Source of the DNA: Minutocellus sp. GHC0000111
Taxonomy: Eukaryota
Direction: 5' to 3'
Assembly: GCA_977018835.1 (NCBI GenBank)
Contig: OZ361258.1
Coordinates: 2,356,001-2,420,000 of the forward strand
DNA length: 64,000 bases
The position numbers and the translations under genes are program-made. The stretch's first letter is position 1; every line of letters begins with the position of its first letter. Below the pieces are notes generated by a model, which searched no databases, was not told the origin of the DNA, and was given only the letters and a program-made list of their open reading frames with translations. Below are positions 47,567 to 62,200 of the stretch, in pieces.

Positions 47567-50500
47567 ATGTCCGACCCTTCAGGCGGCAGCAGCGGCGGCG
47601 GCCGTCGTCGGGTGACCCGCCAAAGCGGCGGCGCTGCCGCTGGTGCGTCCGGCGCCGGTGCCAATCCCGACGAGGGAGGTGATGCGCCCCCTGTGGTTCT
47701 GCGGTCTCCCCGATCCGCGTCGACGACCCATGGTGCCAATGGTGCTGATGCTTTGGGCGCGGGCGCGACCGGTGGGAACGGAAACGGAGCATCGGCCCCT
47801 CCTCTCGGTGGATCTGCTGCTGGTGCTGGTTCTGCTGCAGCAGCGGAGGCAGAGGCGGAGCGGCGACGGGCGGCGCACGCGGCGGAGCGCCTGCGGCACG
47901 CGATGGCCGCCCTCGACGAGGACGATAGCGGTGGTGACCATGACGACGGCGAGGACGACAATGAATCGTCGGACGAGTCGACGGATGAGGACGACGACCA
48001 CGATGACGATGAGGAGGAGGAGGACGACGACGACGACGACGACGACGACGATATTGAGTTCGGACCTGAGTTCGACATGCAGATGCGGATGCGGGCCGAA
48101 AGGGAGACCGATCTGCTCAATTTGGCCATGATATCCTATCGCGCCAGGGTGGAGGCCAGAGCTGCGGCTGGTGCGGGGGGCAGCGGCAGGAGAAGGAGGG
48201 TGACCAGTGCTGGTGCAGGTTCAGGTTCAGGTACAGGTGGCGGCAGTGCTGCGGCAAGGAACGGAGCTCGAATCACCGACCCGCTTCGAAGGGAGCAGCA
48301 AGCATCCACGACGAATGCAGCTGGGTCTCCTGCAGGTGGTGCAAGTGGGCCTAAAGTTGCAGCGGCGCGACGTTCCGCCCGCCGAGGTGTTGCATCTGCA
48401 GATGCGACTGCTTCTACCAACGGTACGAGTACAGCTGCTTCGTCAACTACCAGTACTTCCACTACCAGATCGAACCGTCGCGAGGCACTTGAGAGGGCAC
48501 GTGGTGCAGCAGCTGCGAGTACTCGTGGGGCTGCCGGATCTGCGGCGAGGGGTACTAGCAGTGGTGGAACTCCCAATGCCACCTCCAGAGCTCTCGCTCG
48601 GCAGGAAAATATGAGTCCAGTCGATGCGGCCAATTTGGGCCCCCCGACGGGCATCCGCAACGATGAGGGGGCAATGACGTACTACCCGCCCCTTCCCGGA
48701 GGCAGTGGTGGTGGTACAGGGGCCGGGCCGGGTATCCTGACTCGCGGTGGGGGTAGAAATCCTGCCCCTCCTCGTCCTGCTAGGGCTGTGAGGGGTGCTG
48801 GGGCTGGCGCTGGGGCCGGTGCCCGTGCCGCGCCTGTCCCACCCAGAATAATCCCCCCGGCGCATCCAGCTGGATTTCCCGGGGATGTTGTTGGCGACTG
48901 GCGAGATTATGCCGTTGGTCTTCCTCGTGTGGGTCCTCCTCCTGTTCCAGTAGGCTACGCTGCCTACCCACATATTGGAGGAGCTGGAGGAGTAGGTCGG
49001 TATTTTCCCGGAGTTCAGGGCAGTGCCAGATCTGTGCACGCAGCAGCGGCGGCTGCTGCGGCTAGGGGCAGCGATGTGGTCGATCCCACCGCCCTATTGG
49101 TTGCCTGCACACGTCGATTCGGCAGCAACTTTTACCCTGATCCTCTCGTTCCATATTGTGGGCGCAGGCTGGGCCGGAACGTGGTACCCAGCCGAGATGG
49201 TACCTGCTCGCCTCTTGCCAGCAGCAGAGGACGTGTGTCGACCTGCCCAAGCTGCGCGAGACTGCATGACTCCCTGCGTCTTTCGCGGTTGCGATTTATG
49301 TTCGGAAAGGCTTCGGATATTGTCGCCCCTGACATTGATAGCGCTATCGATGCAAAGCTTGATGATTCCGATTCTTCTGCTGGTGTAAATCCAGAGGGAA
49401 TTGTCGTCAGTGATGCGGCTCTAGTGGCTGCCCTTCGAAGCAATTCGGGTCAATTTTCTGGGTCGGTGTCGCTGTTGGCAAAACAACTTGGTATCAAACC
49501 TCGGCCTCACCCTCGAGAAATTGCCTACGTCGCTCGTGTACTTGGACTCCCAGAAACATTGGCGCGTATCGCTCTGAAGAAGAACGATTGTGACACGACT
49601 GTCAGCATCGGATGGATTTGTGGTTTTGCCGGTTCGGGTGCCATCGGGACTTCCCGATACAAGTCCAATGGCAATTTGCTATCAGGAGGCTCTGAAAGAG
49701 GAGCTGAAGTCTTCGTCGGCTGCCGCGGCGTCGACGGAAACAGAGGGTGACAAGGATACCGTTCGCAGTACTGTTGACGAAGAAGGATTGGCGGTCCTGT
49801 GCTCTCTTTGTACCGAATTCAACCAATCAGATCAATCTCTGGCCAAGCCTTCTACTTCCTCCTCGTCGCCCACTTTTCGCAGTCGCAAGAAAACTGGTGA
49901 GCGCAAGACCACTGGGCGGGATGAGAAATCTAAGGATGAACACAAGATGGATATTGCTAGCAGTTCTGAAGACGAACCGTTTCTTTTGGATGGGCACTGT
50001 CTCGTTCCAGCAAAGAATTACGCCAAAAATATGCACTCGAATGCGGCCAAGGATGGCGAGGGAGAGAAGCCGCTGGAAGAAAGTGATCGAAAGATACTCC
50101 AGTCTGTATTCGATGCAAAAATCAATGTGCCCAGTCCAGATCCTGTTCTCATGAAGGGATTAGCTACTATTATTGCACAGTCCAAGGAGAAGCGGAAGGG
50201 CAAGGAAGAGGGTGAGGGGCTCAAGTTTGTTATTAATGACTTGAACCCTGCAACTCAGCACAAGCTATTTCGGTATGCAATGGAGGTGAGTTTGAAGTTG
50301 CTTTGCATGAGAAGATGTCTTGCTTTTGAGGTACATGTGCACATGGACCGAGCCTTGTATTGATTGGCTCACAATTATTTCCCTCCCCATTTCCATGCCT
50401 TTTGATATTTTCCTCCAATAAAGAATGCCACTGAGCGATGTCCTCTTTGCACTCTCCCGGTTCCATCCCCGCTGGCTGGCTATCGCCACTGCTCCCAGTG

Positions 50501-53500
50501 CCAGATGTGCGAAGGATGCATTCGCTTCAACCGCTTCGAGAGATTTACCAAATACTCTGTCGTGGAGGAAGAACCTTCTCTTTCGGCACTTCGTCGCAAG
50601 AATGCGCCCGCGCCAAAGAAGGGGGTAAAGAAAATGGTTGCAAGAAAGACCCAGAGAGAACAGGCTGCTGCCGGTAGAGTAGTATCTGGAACTCCGACTT
50701 CCGCCAATGCTGCCACAAAATCCACTGCGCGCTCCACATCTTCTACGAAAAAGGCCAAACCGATACCAAATGACGACGATTACATCTCAGAAGAGGACGA
50801 AGACTACGACCCAATGCAGGATTCGGATGATGGAGAAGCAGGTGACATGGACTTGGATGACAGGGACGGTTTTATCGACGAATCGGCTTTTGCTTGGGAG
50901 GACAATAGTGGAAAGAGCAGCAGCATCGTTCATATGTGTTGTTCTCAACCCAATGGATCGCATTTGCATCATCACCCTCTCTTTCTTCAGTTCACAAGAA
51001 ACAAAACGGCGCATTGTGATATCGAAGGCCCTTGTTGCACAGGACTGAACCGAACGATGCGATGGCACGTCAGCTGGAGCTGCAGCGTCTGCGATTTTGA
51101 TGTTTGTCACGTGTGTGCAGGGAAGGAGCCTCCGTCTCAGCCTCCGTCGTCACCTACCAGCGCTGTCGCAGCTGATGGCAATGGTACCTTTGATCGAAGG
51201 CTTGCGGTCTTTGTGCCCCCGAAAGGAGCTGCTGCAACCACTACGGCAGCCAGTGGCAAATCAAAGCGCTCTATCTTGAAGACCGGTGGAGCTACCACCA
51301 CTGGAACTGGTGCCACTGCCGAAGCGATTGCGAGGAGACAACTGACAAGGACAACTCCCCGTGCTTTCCCTACCTCTGCTTCCGCTAGCTCGGGCCGCTC
51401 AGCAAATTCGCGGCGAACAGTCTCAGCCCCAGCTGCTTCTTCGTCACCTGCTTCGCGGGCTGCCCCAGGTGCCGCTGCGAGCAGAAGTCCCGGAATGGGA
51501 GCGGCTCGTTCCCTTGCATCGTCGCGGCCCGCGCCCGCAGCTTCCGCCTCTGCTGCTAGTAGAGCTGCGGCTTCGAATGGCAGAGCTGCTGCAGCTGCGA
51601 GAGCCGCGGTGGGAAGGCCGCCGCCAGCAAATGCCGGGGGACTACATGACCCACTGGCTGCGGGACCTCCTCCTTTAGGTATGCCCGTGGCAGGCGTCCT
51701 GCCCGTCCCTGTTGGTGCCGACCCAATGGACTATTTTGGCCAAGTATTCGAGAGACTCGGCGCTGCTGCTGCTGCGCATCTCCCCCCAGGTGCTCCTCGT
51801 TTGAGAGCACTCGACATGCTACCTGCTATGGCCGGTGGGGCTCCTGGACTTGGTCTGATCGCAACCATTGGTGGCAGGGGCGTCGGCGTTCGTCTTAGAG
51901 ATGCGCGCGGTGCTGCCGGCACTGTTGGGGCTGCCGGGGCTGCTGGGGCGCGGCAAAGAAGAGCCATTGAAAAATCGCAAAAGAAGAAGGACAACAAACT
52001 CGTGACGCAAATTTGGAATGTTGAGCCTCCTCCTTCCCCTGGCAAAGGTGCTGGCATTGTTGTTGTAAATACTGGAGTCGTTACCCCAAACACTGCCACA
52101 GAACTTGGAAGCGGATTGCTGAGCCCGGCATCTGTGACCGATTATGGTCGCATGTGGCTCAATGCTCTAACTCGAAATGCGCCGGGAGGAATTGCCGGAA
52201 CGCATGGATCTAGCGCTGGGCCCAACAAGAGCTCTTCATCAATGGTTCTCTTGACCGAGGACGCCAAGGCAGCTCTCGCATCTTTCCTTAGGTATACAGG
52301 AGAGGACGGGAAACAGTCAACACCGACCGCCCTCGATATTACCACGGCAGAGCTCTATTGCCAAAAGATTCAATCATTGGTGCCAGCTCGAGCTTCGGCG
52401 ATCAAGGTGAAGGCCTACGCCATGATCGCATCCGGTAAATTGGGATTGGTTGGTACTATAATAGCAGCAGCCTCCTTCGCACCGCTTGCTTTATCCAGGG
52501 CGACCAATGCCTCCGCAACATCCGGCAGCGCAGCCGCAACTACTACTGCTACTACCACATCCCCACCGGCGGAACCTCAAACACCAACTAGATCAAACAG
52601 GAAGCGCAAACGTGATTCATCTCCCCATGGCAAGGAGAAGAAGGACAGCGCCGAAACTCCATCGAAAAGGACAGCAGTTGAATCTCATCCTACGACGAAC
52701 GTATGTTTCTGTGGATCTCCCATTGACCTCAAAACGGCCCCTGATGGTTGCGTCGGCAGCCTCCAATGTGGCCATGCTTGCCACGCGCCTTGTGCGGCAG
52801 ACTTACTACTTGGTGGCGGAGTCTGTCCGGCTTGTCGAGCACCCTTCTATCAGCCGCAGCTTGGTTCCGACGATAGTCAGGCAGCTGATGGTATTTTCCA
52901 CAAGGAATTGCTCGACATGGACAAGCCAGAGCCCGAGGACGGAGCCGGGGAGGGTGGTAGCAGCGAGAGTGAGAAGAAGCAAGGTTCCAACGACGGTGAC
53001 GATGATGCGAAATCTCCCAGTGGTACTCAAGTCGATGTTAAGGAGGGTGATTATGTTCGCATTTCCGCAGACCGTGAGCTCTGTGAAAGTATCCAGTCGA
53101 CTTGTCCGACTTCAGGTGGTTGGTTCTCGGACATGACGGACTGTCTTGGTGCCGAGGGTCAGGTCATCGCTATCGTTCCTCTCGGCGGTATCGGGACAAC
53201 GACAAAGGCCTATCGTATTCGAATCAAAGTGCCCTATCCTCCTCCGGAATCTACATTGAATGCCAATGCCGCCTCCGATGCTACAAAGAAGAAGCAGAAA
53301 GGGGCGGAATGCAACAGCACCAGAAGACACGCTTTTCGCTACACACGTCGCTGTCGCACCCTTCAGGCTGGAAGAGGCAATGTTGATGGCCACTCCAGTA
53401 TTAGTAGCGCCTGCATCGAATGCCACCGATCCTCCGATGAGATGCGGCTGTGTTCAAATTGCGAGACTTGCATGACTTGCCTCTCCCGCAATCCTAGCAA

Positions 53501-56043
53501 AGCAGAGTACTGCACCAGCACGGTGTACCAGTGCGTTTGGAACGAATACTTATTTTCCTTCGTCAGGAGGGGTGTCCTCCCACGAGTATATACTCAAAAT
53601 ACCGCTCGAAGCATCCAAACAAAGAAAGACGATGTCGCGACCGCCACCCAAGAGGCTCAGAAGCACATGATGCGCCTGCGATCGGAACTTACCGCCGCCA
53701 AATCAGCTCGGGACAGTACAAGGACAGAAGCCGAGTCGATCTTCAGAAATGCTGCTGCCGCGGTTGCTTCAATGGACACCAAAATGATCGGCGTCGATGA
53801 TAAGGATGGTGATGACAACGACAGCGGTGAAGAGAGTGCTGGAGCTACGGCAATGATTCAACTCGTCAAGGACAAAGGCGAGCTCTCGCTGCCCGCTTCC
53901 GTAGAGGCACTTACAACAGTAATGGCAGCAAAGGGATCGCCGTTTCAGTTTTTTCTGGCTTTCCACCTTCTCTCCCTTGCAGAACAATGGTCGTCTGACC
54001 CACCATCCTCTGGGTCGCCAAGGAATTTGGCTACGTCGCTTGTATCGGAGATCAAGGCAGTCCAACAGTTTGTTGTTGGAAGAAATCTCGAGGCCGCTGC
54101 TCGTCACATTCGCAACTTCAACACCAACCGCACCATAGATCAGGCACGGTGGGCATGTGCCTATGACACAACCGGCACGTATGTTGGAAAGGCAGGATTT
54201 CAGATCAGTCTATTGGCCTATCCAAGGGAAGGTGCTCCACGGACTGGCTTTGTCATCGAGCCGAATGCCCGCTTTCAGGCAACATTTGAGCATCTCGATG
54301 CCAATGGGAAGGTCTGGGCTCAGGTAGTTGAGCCGACAGATTGGCCTGAATCGTACATTGCAGGTCTTGATGACACTTCGCAAGAGGGATATGGAACGGT
54401 CCTTGTTGGATGCCGCGTCAAGCGAGGACCGAACTGGCGCTACGGCAACCAGGATGGTGGCGAGGGCAACGAGGGCATCATCGTAAAGGCCCGCAGAGGA
54501 CTTGTTCTGGTCAAATGGAACGGTATTGAGAGTAAGTTTCGCTACCGGTACCAACCCAAAAAGAGTGGCCAGGATAGTTCGTCAAGCAAGAAGGAGGTGT
54601 CCATCATCTCGGCAATTGCTCCGCCACAGGGATGGTTCCAAGTCAACACCTTTCCTCCGTCCGTCGACCGCCTTTGCACAACGCTTCAGTGTGGTGCTTG
54701 TTCCAAAGATCTGTGCGCTACAAGTGCCAAGAAGGCGGTATACCAGAGGGTTGATCCGTCAAATCTCAAGAAAGGTGATCGAGTCCTCGTCGCTGCCACT
54801 TTGGAGCCTGTCATCGTTGAAGAGATCACCAGTCTTTGAATTCACTGCTCGTTTGTCCTTCCCGATGATGCGTCCGCTGCCAATGCCGCCGACACTACAA
54901 TTAGTGCCGATGACGATAAGCCCCCAGCGAAAAGAACTCGCCGAAGCAAAGCCGGGGCCTCAGCGACTAAGAATGTTGGCGGGATACAGGCGACTGCGTC
55001 GGTAAATTTGGGTGGGGCAGCAGCTGCGGCTGCTGCAGCTGCTTCCGCTCGTATTTGGTACAGACCGGTCGATTTGGTACTCCCTGCCGACGAAAACAGC
55101 GCATCGGAGCCATCACAATACACTTCAGAAGTCCGGATGGTGGCAGATAAGCTCCGAACTATGCATGAGGTCGCCCTTCTCCATCCCGATGACGAGGAGG
55201 AAGCCAAGAGGGCATGGGACCATGCAGGACCAGCCACTGATGATATTCATGGTGATATTGAATCCTATGCCTCATGTATCAAGGGCCACTTGCTCCATCC
55301 AAAATGTTTCCAAACCGCCCTTCTATCTGGTCAGCGTTGCCCAGCTCCAGGATGTGGTGAACTCCTGTGGCTTCCAAGCATCGTCCGGGACGAGGAAGAG
55401 GTTACCTGCGGAGGAGAGGACGGCGGATCCTCCAGTGCCGCCTCCTCCGACACGGAGTCGATACGCGCAGAGACCGACCTTTGACGAAGGTGCCGCAAAG
55501 GGAGCATCCGACGACGGCGACAACACAGATGCGAATGAATTCTTCACGGAGGAAGAACTTGCTGCTGAGGGTTGCCGCATGTGCCCCGCTTGTTGTAGCG
55601 GCCCTTTCCTCAATCAGCACTGCAGCGACATGAGAACTCATCACGGTCAGTGCTCCGCCATGGCCTGGAGAAGTCGGGACGGGACAAGAAGGACTCCGTG
55701 CCTCTCCAACGGTATGACGTATCAAGTCAGCGCCACAGAAATATCCAAACGTCTAATGCAAGTCGGGAACGGAAAGAGTGTCGCGGATGTTTTGCCTAGA
55801 TGTCCGACTCACAATGTGTCGGTAATGTTCAATGGTTGCAGAGGATGCGGTCATCTGTTTACCGACCTCAGCTGGCACAGCCTCCCGAAATGGGATCCAA
55901 ATGCAAAGGAAAAGGTGAAGCTAGACAAGAAGAAGATGCAGGCAAGTGTCCTGCTTTGCAGTCAAATTAGAAAGGAGGCTGCACAGCTTGAGTTCGAAAG
56001 AGAAGCATTGAAGGAAGTCACTCGACTGCACAAGCCGAGCTAG
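47567..56043 (+). pseudogene. Giant (~2,750 aa) Mind-bomb-like E3 ubiquitin ligase gene, disrupted
   Basis: UBA-like segment (~49520-49620), RING (CFC..CGHACHAPC..CPAC), Mib-repeat-like (GDYVRI...GGWFSDM..CLG..GQV), MIB/HERC2 (RVKRGPNWRYGNQDGG), a second RING-like and an IBR-like C-terminus. Intron 50286-50423; frameshift ~49630, in-frame TGA 54837-54839, gacc duplication 55472-55479. Confidence 0.72.
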
Positions 56044-56207
56044 CCAGGAACGTCGTAGATGCGTAGATAAATCGCACCGTAAGATCCGAAATAGATATGA
56101 TTATATTTCTAGCTAGCTTCCAATAAAAAATATGATGATATGTAATTGCCCAAATGGTATGTGTTCTAAGTAGATAGCTAAGGAGAGACGAAGATTGCTA
56201 CTCAGAA

Positions 56208-59200
56208 TTAATCAACCCTTCGGGCTTGGATTGATGCCAATAACCCAGCTCGAGGATCTTGTGCCATCCCCTCCTCTTCCTGTGTCTCGCTGCCCGGACT
56301 ATCTCCTTTTCTTGATCGAATGGCTGATAGCATCGAAGATCGAGGATCGGTAGAGCCCCCCTCAGCTACTACTGACTGACTACTATCTCCGACGACGATC
56401 GATGATAGACTACTTGTATCTTCATTGGTTTTGTCATCTTCTGTTTTCTTTCTCGATGAGATCGCTGCCAACATCGCTGACCGAGGATCAACAGGCGCCG
56501 GGGCGGGCGCTGGAGAAGGCGTCGTCGGCGTCGTCTCTTCCTTGCCTTCCTCATCGTCAGGTTGCTTTCTCGATGAGATCGCTGCCAACATTGCTGACCG
56601 AGGATCAACAGGCGCCGGGGCCGGAGCGGGCGATGACGCTGCCTCTTCGTCGGGTTGCTTTCTCGACGATATTGCCGCAAGCATTGCTGACCGAGGATCA
56701 ACAGGCGCCGGGGCCGGAGCGGGCGATGACGCTGCCTCTTCGTCGGGCCTCTTGCGCGAGGATATCGCTGCCAACATGGCACTACGTGGATCGAGGGGAG
56801 CTGCAGCTGGAGCTGGTGTCAATTCCGCGTCCGCTTCCGTTTCCTTCTCATCGGGCTTTTTTCTCGACGTTATTGCTGCCAGCATTGCTGCCCGAGGATC
56901 AACAGGCGGCGGGGCGGGCGCTGGAGAAGGCGTCGTCGGCGTCGTCTCTTCCTTGCCTTCCTCATCGCCGGGCTTTTTCCTCGACGATATCGCTAGAAGC
57001 ATCGCCGCTCTAGGGTCGTGCAAACCTGAACTGACTTCTTTTGCTTCCTCTTCATCCGGCTTCTTTCTTGACGATATAGCCGCAAGCATCGCAGCTCGAG
57101 GATTGCCATCACTGCTAGCTTGCTTTCGTTTTGCTAGCGCTTTCGCAACAGCAGACTTATCAATATCCTCCGAAGCAGAACTTGTATTATTCTGCCTAAG
57201 CATCTCCACTTCTGCTCTTGCAAGCTCGGAAGCGAGGTCATCGAGCGCTTCACCAGCGGTAGCAACTTCGCTGCCACAATTATCTTCGTCATCACTGTCA
57301 TCATTATTGTAGCTTCTTGATAAATCCGCTTCTCTTGTGTCAAGTCGCGCTAAGCTTTTATCAAACTCCTCCTAAAATATATCGTTTGTATTCATGTTGT
57401 AGAAAACACAAGAAACAAGAGGCGTGAGCCGCGAAAGAAGGTCGATACGATGAAAAAATAAGAATGCACACAACCAAACTGCATGTACGCACCAATAAGG
57501 TATCCGTCTGAGCCATCTGAGTGGCGACACTATCAGAGAGCTCCACCTGCTTTTTCGTCCCTGTGTCCTCGACACTATCAGCCACCCTTTCAACACCATG
57601 ATCATCTCCGAGATTCTCCAGCACAAGGTTTGCTTCTGATTTTGTAAGCACCAACCCTTGTGCCATCGCGTCGCCGTGGTCTACCTGATTTGTGCGAGCC
57701 TCTGCGTCACCCTCGACGGTCGACTTTGTGGTATCGCCACCATTTTTATTCTCCTGTGACTCGGAGTCTCCTCTGCTTCGGCTGCGTAGATTTCTGTTCG
57801 CGATACAAGCCAATTCAGGAGATGCATTATCATCATGATCATCAGCGACCCCAACGGCATTCTTCTTTGTTTTAATGGCATTGAGTAATGCCGAGCGAGG
57901 ATCATCGGATGTACTTGTCTGCTTGGCATCACCTCCCTCTGGAGCACTACCGGAGACTACTTTGTTATTCTTTTTCTTTTTGATTGCGGCCAACATGGCT
58001 GCGCGAGGGTCCAAAATCGGAGAAGGCTTGGTGCTATCATCAACTTTATCCCCCCCTGAAGATGGCTCGGCGCCTTCGACGAAAGTAATTTCCTCCTCAC
58101 CATTCTTTGCACCACCGGCTGCGGCCTTACTTTTGCTGCGAATTGCACCGAGTAATGCTGCCCGGGGATCAGTGCTAACAGTAGACGCAGACGCAGACGC
58201 GTCACCCTCGCCCGACGGTGTTGGTGTCTTCTTCCGAAGGCTATTCATGAGGGCAAGGCGAGGGTTTTGTGCAGGCTTGTCATTTTCCTCAATATTCCCT
58301 GTGCTACCAACATAGCTACTGATATCCCCCTTGGATGCATTTTTCTGTAGTTGCGCCATGCTTTCTCGAGCCTTCGTCTTCGTCTTGGCCAAAGCTGCAG
58401 CCGCCGCTCCCGCTAGCGTAGGCTTGGAAGCTATTTCCTCACCGCCCTCATTTTTTTCTTCGCCAGCTCCCGAAGTGTTCTTCTTCTTCAGAATGTCTTG
58501 CAGACTTGGTGGATTTTTGGTCGCTTGTTGAATAGCTGCTGCACCCTTCTTCATTGTTGATCGCATCTTCTCCTTCATCTCCTTTGCCTTTTGTCGCTTC
58601 TCCTCCTTGATCTGAGATTTGTTGATTTTGGGTAAAAGAGCAAACAAGTTCTATTGAGCATTACACCAAAGTCACTGAAAAGAATTGTTGGCATTGCGCC
58701 AGAATTTCCCTCGCACTTCACATTCACAAATAAAAGTGTACTTACCCTTGCCTGCTTCGCTTTGGTGACGGCATCCAGTGCAGAATCAAAGGATTCAAGA
58801 AATCGATTTAGCGTTGCAAAGAAATCTCCGGAAGGCATCTTCTCGTCCTCACCGAAATATCGGAGGAGGGCCAGGTAGTTGGACTTCATTTCCTCCGCCA
58901 TCGCATAGCTCTCGTCCATAGTTTAGCGTTCATGGCAAAAAATTGCATTTCCGTTACCTCTTCCTCACTTTCCATTAGGTTGAACTGCTCAACGCCCTCT
59001 TCGTTCTTATGAACGCTAGTCTTTTGTGGCTGGAGCTCTGTCAATGTCTTTTTCCTGCTGTAGTTGATGAACTTGCCATTTTCATCCCTGAGACGATCGG
59101 CTTCCACATCGGCCGTCTTTTGGATCTCTTCGAGCTCCTTACTCAGCTGTTTGAGATCTCCAAAGAGTGAATCGACCATCTGCCCGCTAACTTCGGGGAC

Positions 59201-62200
59201 AGTTGGAATATCCTCCGTAAATTTCAGTAGCCCCTCATCGTTGTCCTTGATAAGTTTGACCAAGTAAAATAGCACACTTGTCCTCTTATCGAATGCTTTG
59301 GCCTGTTTCGAGAATAGGAAAAAATGTATGTGGTGGGGACAAGAAAGAGAGTGAGGGTGGTTGATATGAGATGTTTTGGGGAAAGGAAGACGAGACATAT
59401 CTCACGCAAATGAATATATTTAAACTACTCACCTCTTCAAGCTTTAGCAGCGCGTCCAGACTAAAACCGGCTGCCTGGCTATTTCCCTCACCACCGGTAT
59501 TGATCTGATTTCCGACTGTCAAGATGATGGCCATGAGCTTCCGTAGTCGCTCAGATGACCGCACTTCCTCGCTTGCATCGCTCAGCCTCTTTATCTCGAT
59601 CTGAAAATAAAGAAGGGAAGAAAGTTGAAAGAGGAATAAAAATGAGATCAAAAGTGAATATCGATGGCATAAAAGATATGCATTTCAAAGGGTCTTACCA
59701 TGATTTCATCAAGTCTGGACTGAAATAGCGTCTTGAAGAGCATGCAATCAAACTTGGCGGCTGCATTTGGCACTTCCAACATTGCGACCATATAATGTTC
59801 GCAAGCACATAGATCGGCCATGGCCTTGGCTTTGGCTTCTTCCGACGTCGATGCTTTGGCCAAATAACCCTTCAGAGCCTGTGCCTTTCAGCGCCTTTAG
59901 TTGCGTGGTGTCAAACTTTTTCGATTCTCCATCATGTCCACCAACTTGGCGATTTCGGAGTATTCCATCTTTATTCGACTTAGGATAATGCCGCCGTTCA
60001 TACCTCGCTTGCCATCTATGACTTGAACGCTCTTTTTTGGGCCGCCCCCACCCGTCGCTCCTGCACCCCCTGCGGCTGCTGGGCTCTTTACCTTCTTTTT
60101 CTCAAGCTTATCGGTAAATAGATTCTCGAATTCGCTCGCATCATATTTCAGTTGAGACATATTGATGCTTCCCCGCACAATGCTCCACAATGAATCCTTT
60201 TCTATCTTCTTCTCATCAATCGGCGTCCAGTACAACTTCTTTCGTCGAACCTTGGGCTTCTTTTCCTTCTTCTTGGCAGATGCAGCCGATGTTGACTTGC
60301 CTTGCTGTGATTTGAGAGGTCTTTCTGGATCATAATCCATTATGGATGGATCAACATTGTCGCGGGTGCAGGCATTCTTCACAGCACCGATAGGCAGCCC
60401 AAATTTCAGCATTTTGAAGTATTTCGCATATACCGGATCGTCTTTAAGAGCTGGGCCGGTATCAGCCTCCTCCTCCTTTTCGTCGTCTCCACCACCTTGC
60501 TGCGAATTGAGAGACCTTTCCCGATCTAAGTCCATAATTCCAGGATCTAAGCCATCCCGACTCAAAGCGTTTTTAACAGCGCCGACTGCAATGCGAAAAG
60601 AGAAAGCGAGTAGAAACAGCGAGATAGAAACGAGGAGAAATAGTGAAATGGAAATGTAAGAGCATTTATTTCCAATGCATGGTGATGAATGGGTGATTTT
60701 TTTAGGCGGAAACAATACCACAATAACTCACCAGGAAGGCCAACCTTGAGCATCTTAAAGCTGATATAATTTTGGACATAGTTCAACATGCAATAAAATG
60801 GATTGGCGTCAGTATTAGCAACATCATGATATGAAAACGAAGAAAACAAAACACCACCATATTAGGGCCATTTTTTTTTATTTGTCAGCAAGTATGCTCT
60901 CAACAGGAACATTGTACATACGACGCAGTGCACTTACTACTTCTGATAAGTAGGGTCATCTTTCAATGGGGGGCCTGTGTCCTTCTTCTTCTTTTCCTTT
61001 TTCTGTTGACTCGCTAAACTCTTGTCAGGGTCGAGATCAATGATGCCCTGGTCCAAACCATCCCTTGCCAGTGCGTTTTTCACAGCGCCCAAAGGAAGAC
61101 CCACTTTCAGCATTTTGAAGCTAAGTGATAAAATTTTGGACGCAGTTCAAATGAAAGAAATGGATAAGCGTCAGTATCCCCTGTAGCACCATCATGATAT
61201 GAAAGCGAAGAAAACAAAACACCACCATACCAGCGCCAATTTATTTGTCAGCAAATGTTCTCCACATTAACATTGCGTACAGTGCACTTACTATTTCCCA
61301 TATGTCGGATCATCCTTTAATGCAGGGCCAGAATCGGCCTCTTCTTCCTTTTCATCACCCGCCTTGGACTTGTCTTTCTCTGTCTTCCTTTGACTAGCCA
61401 GCGATTTATTGGGGTCGAGCTTCATCACCGTGGGGTCCACAGAATCTCGTTCGCAGGCATTCATCACGGCACCTAGAGGCAGTCCAACCTTTAGCATCTT
61501 CCAATACTTGGCATATACCGGGTCGTCTTTCAATGGTGGATCGTCACCGTCAGCTTCAGTGTCTCCCTCGTCATCACTCTCATCCGGATCGGCACCCTCC
61601 CTCGGCCGTCGAAATTTGAGCGATATGGGTCGACTGCTGTCCTTGATGGCCTTGACCGCCTGGCCAAGGTCACGCAGCCCCCTCACCGAGCTGCCATTGA
61701 CCTCCAAGAGCACATCGCCGCGCTTCACCCCGGCCTTACGGACGGCCGACACCTGCGCCAGGTCATGAACTCGCGCAGAACCCGCCCTCTTCCCCGGGGG
61801 ACGCAGCCGCAGTTTCAGTCCAAGGGCGGCATCGCTAATGCTCACGCTGTACTCGCGAGCGTCGGTTTTGCCACTGGCCTTGGAGACATCACCGGCTATA
61901 GCCCCGCCGCCGGTATCCGTGCCTCCCGCTGCAGCGGCGGCCACTGCCGCGGCGACCACATTGGCCATTGCCATCGTTGGCTGCCTGAAACTTGCTGAAA
62001 CGTTTGTGCCAAAAATGCTTATTGCAAGCGATTTCCCCCTCTATTCTGATTTCTTTGGACACCCCCTTTATGGGTCGGCGGCAAAGCATCAATCAAGAAT
62101 TCCCCTTCGGGGGTAAATGAAGGTTACATGTATGAATTTCTACGTAGACTACCGCAAACGGTATCTTAGAAGCTATACTTTACCACTTGTCCTTCACAAA

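Noticed and set aside
7582..54839. Alternative genetic code (TAG=Gln, TGA=Arg) suggested by in-frame stops
   Set aside because: Intact genes end normally in TAA (CRTISO), TGA (ZDS) and TAG (SWEET) and contain no internal stops. The stops co-occur with frameshifts and mostly fit single C-to-T changes.
56425..57100. Regularly spaced repeats resembling a CRISPR array
   Set aside because: They are in-frame coding WH2-like repeats of the formin; the spacers are homologous, the context is eukaryotic and there are no cas genes.
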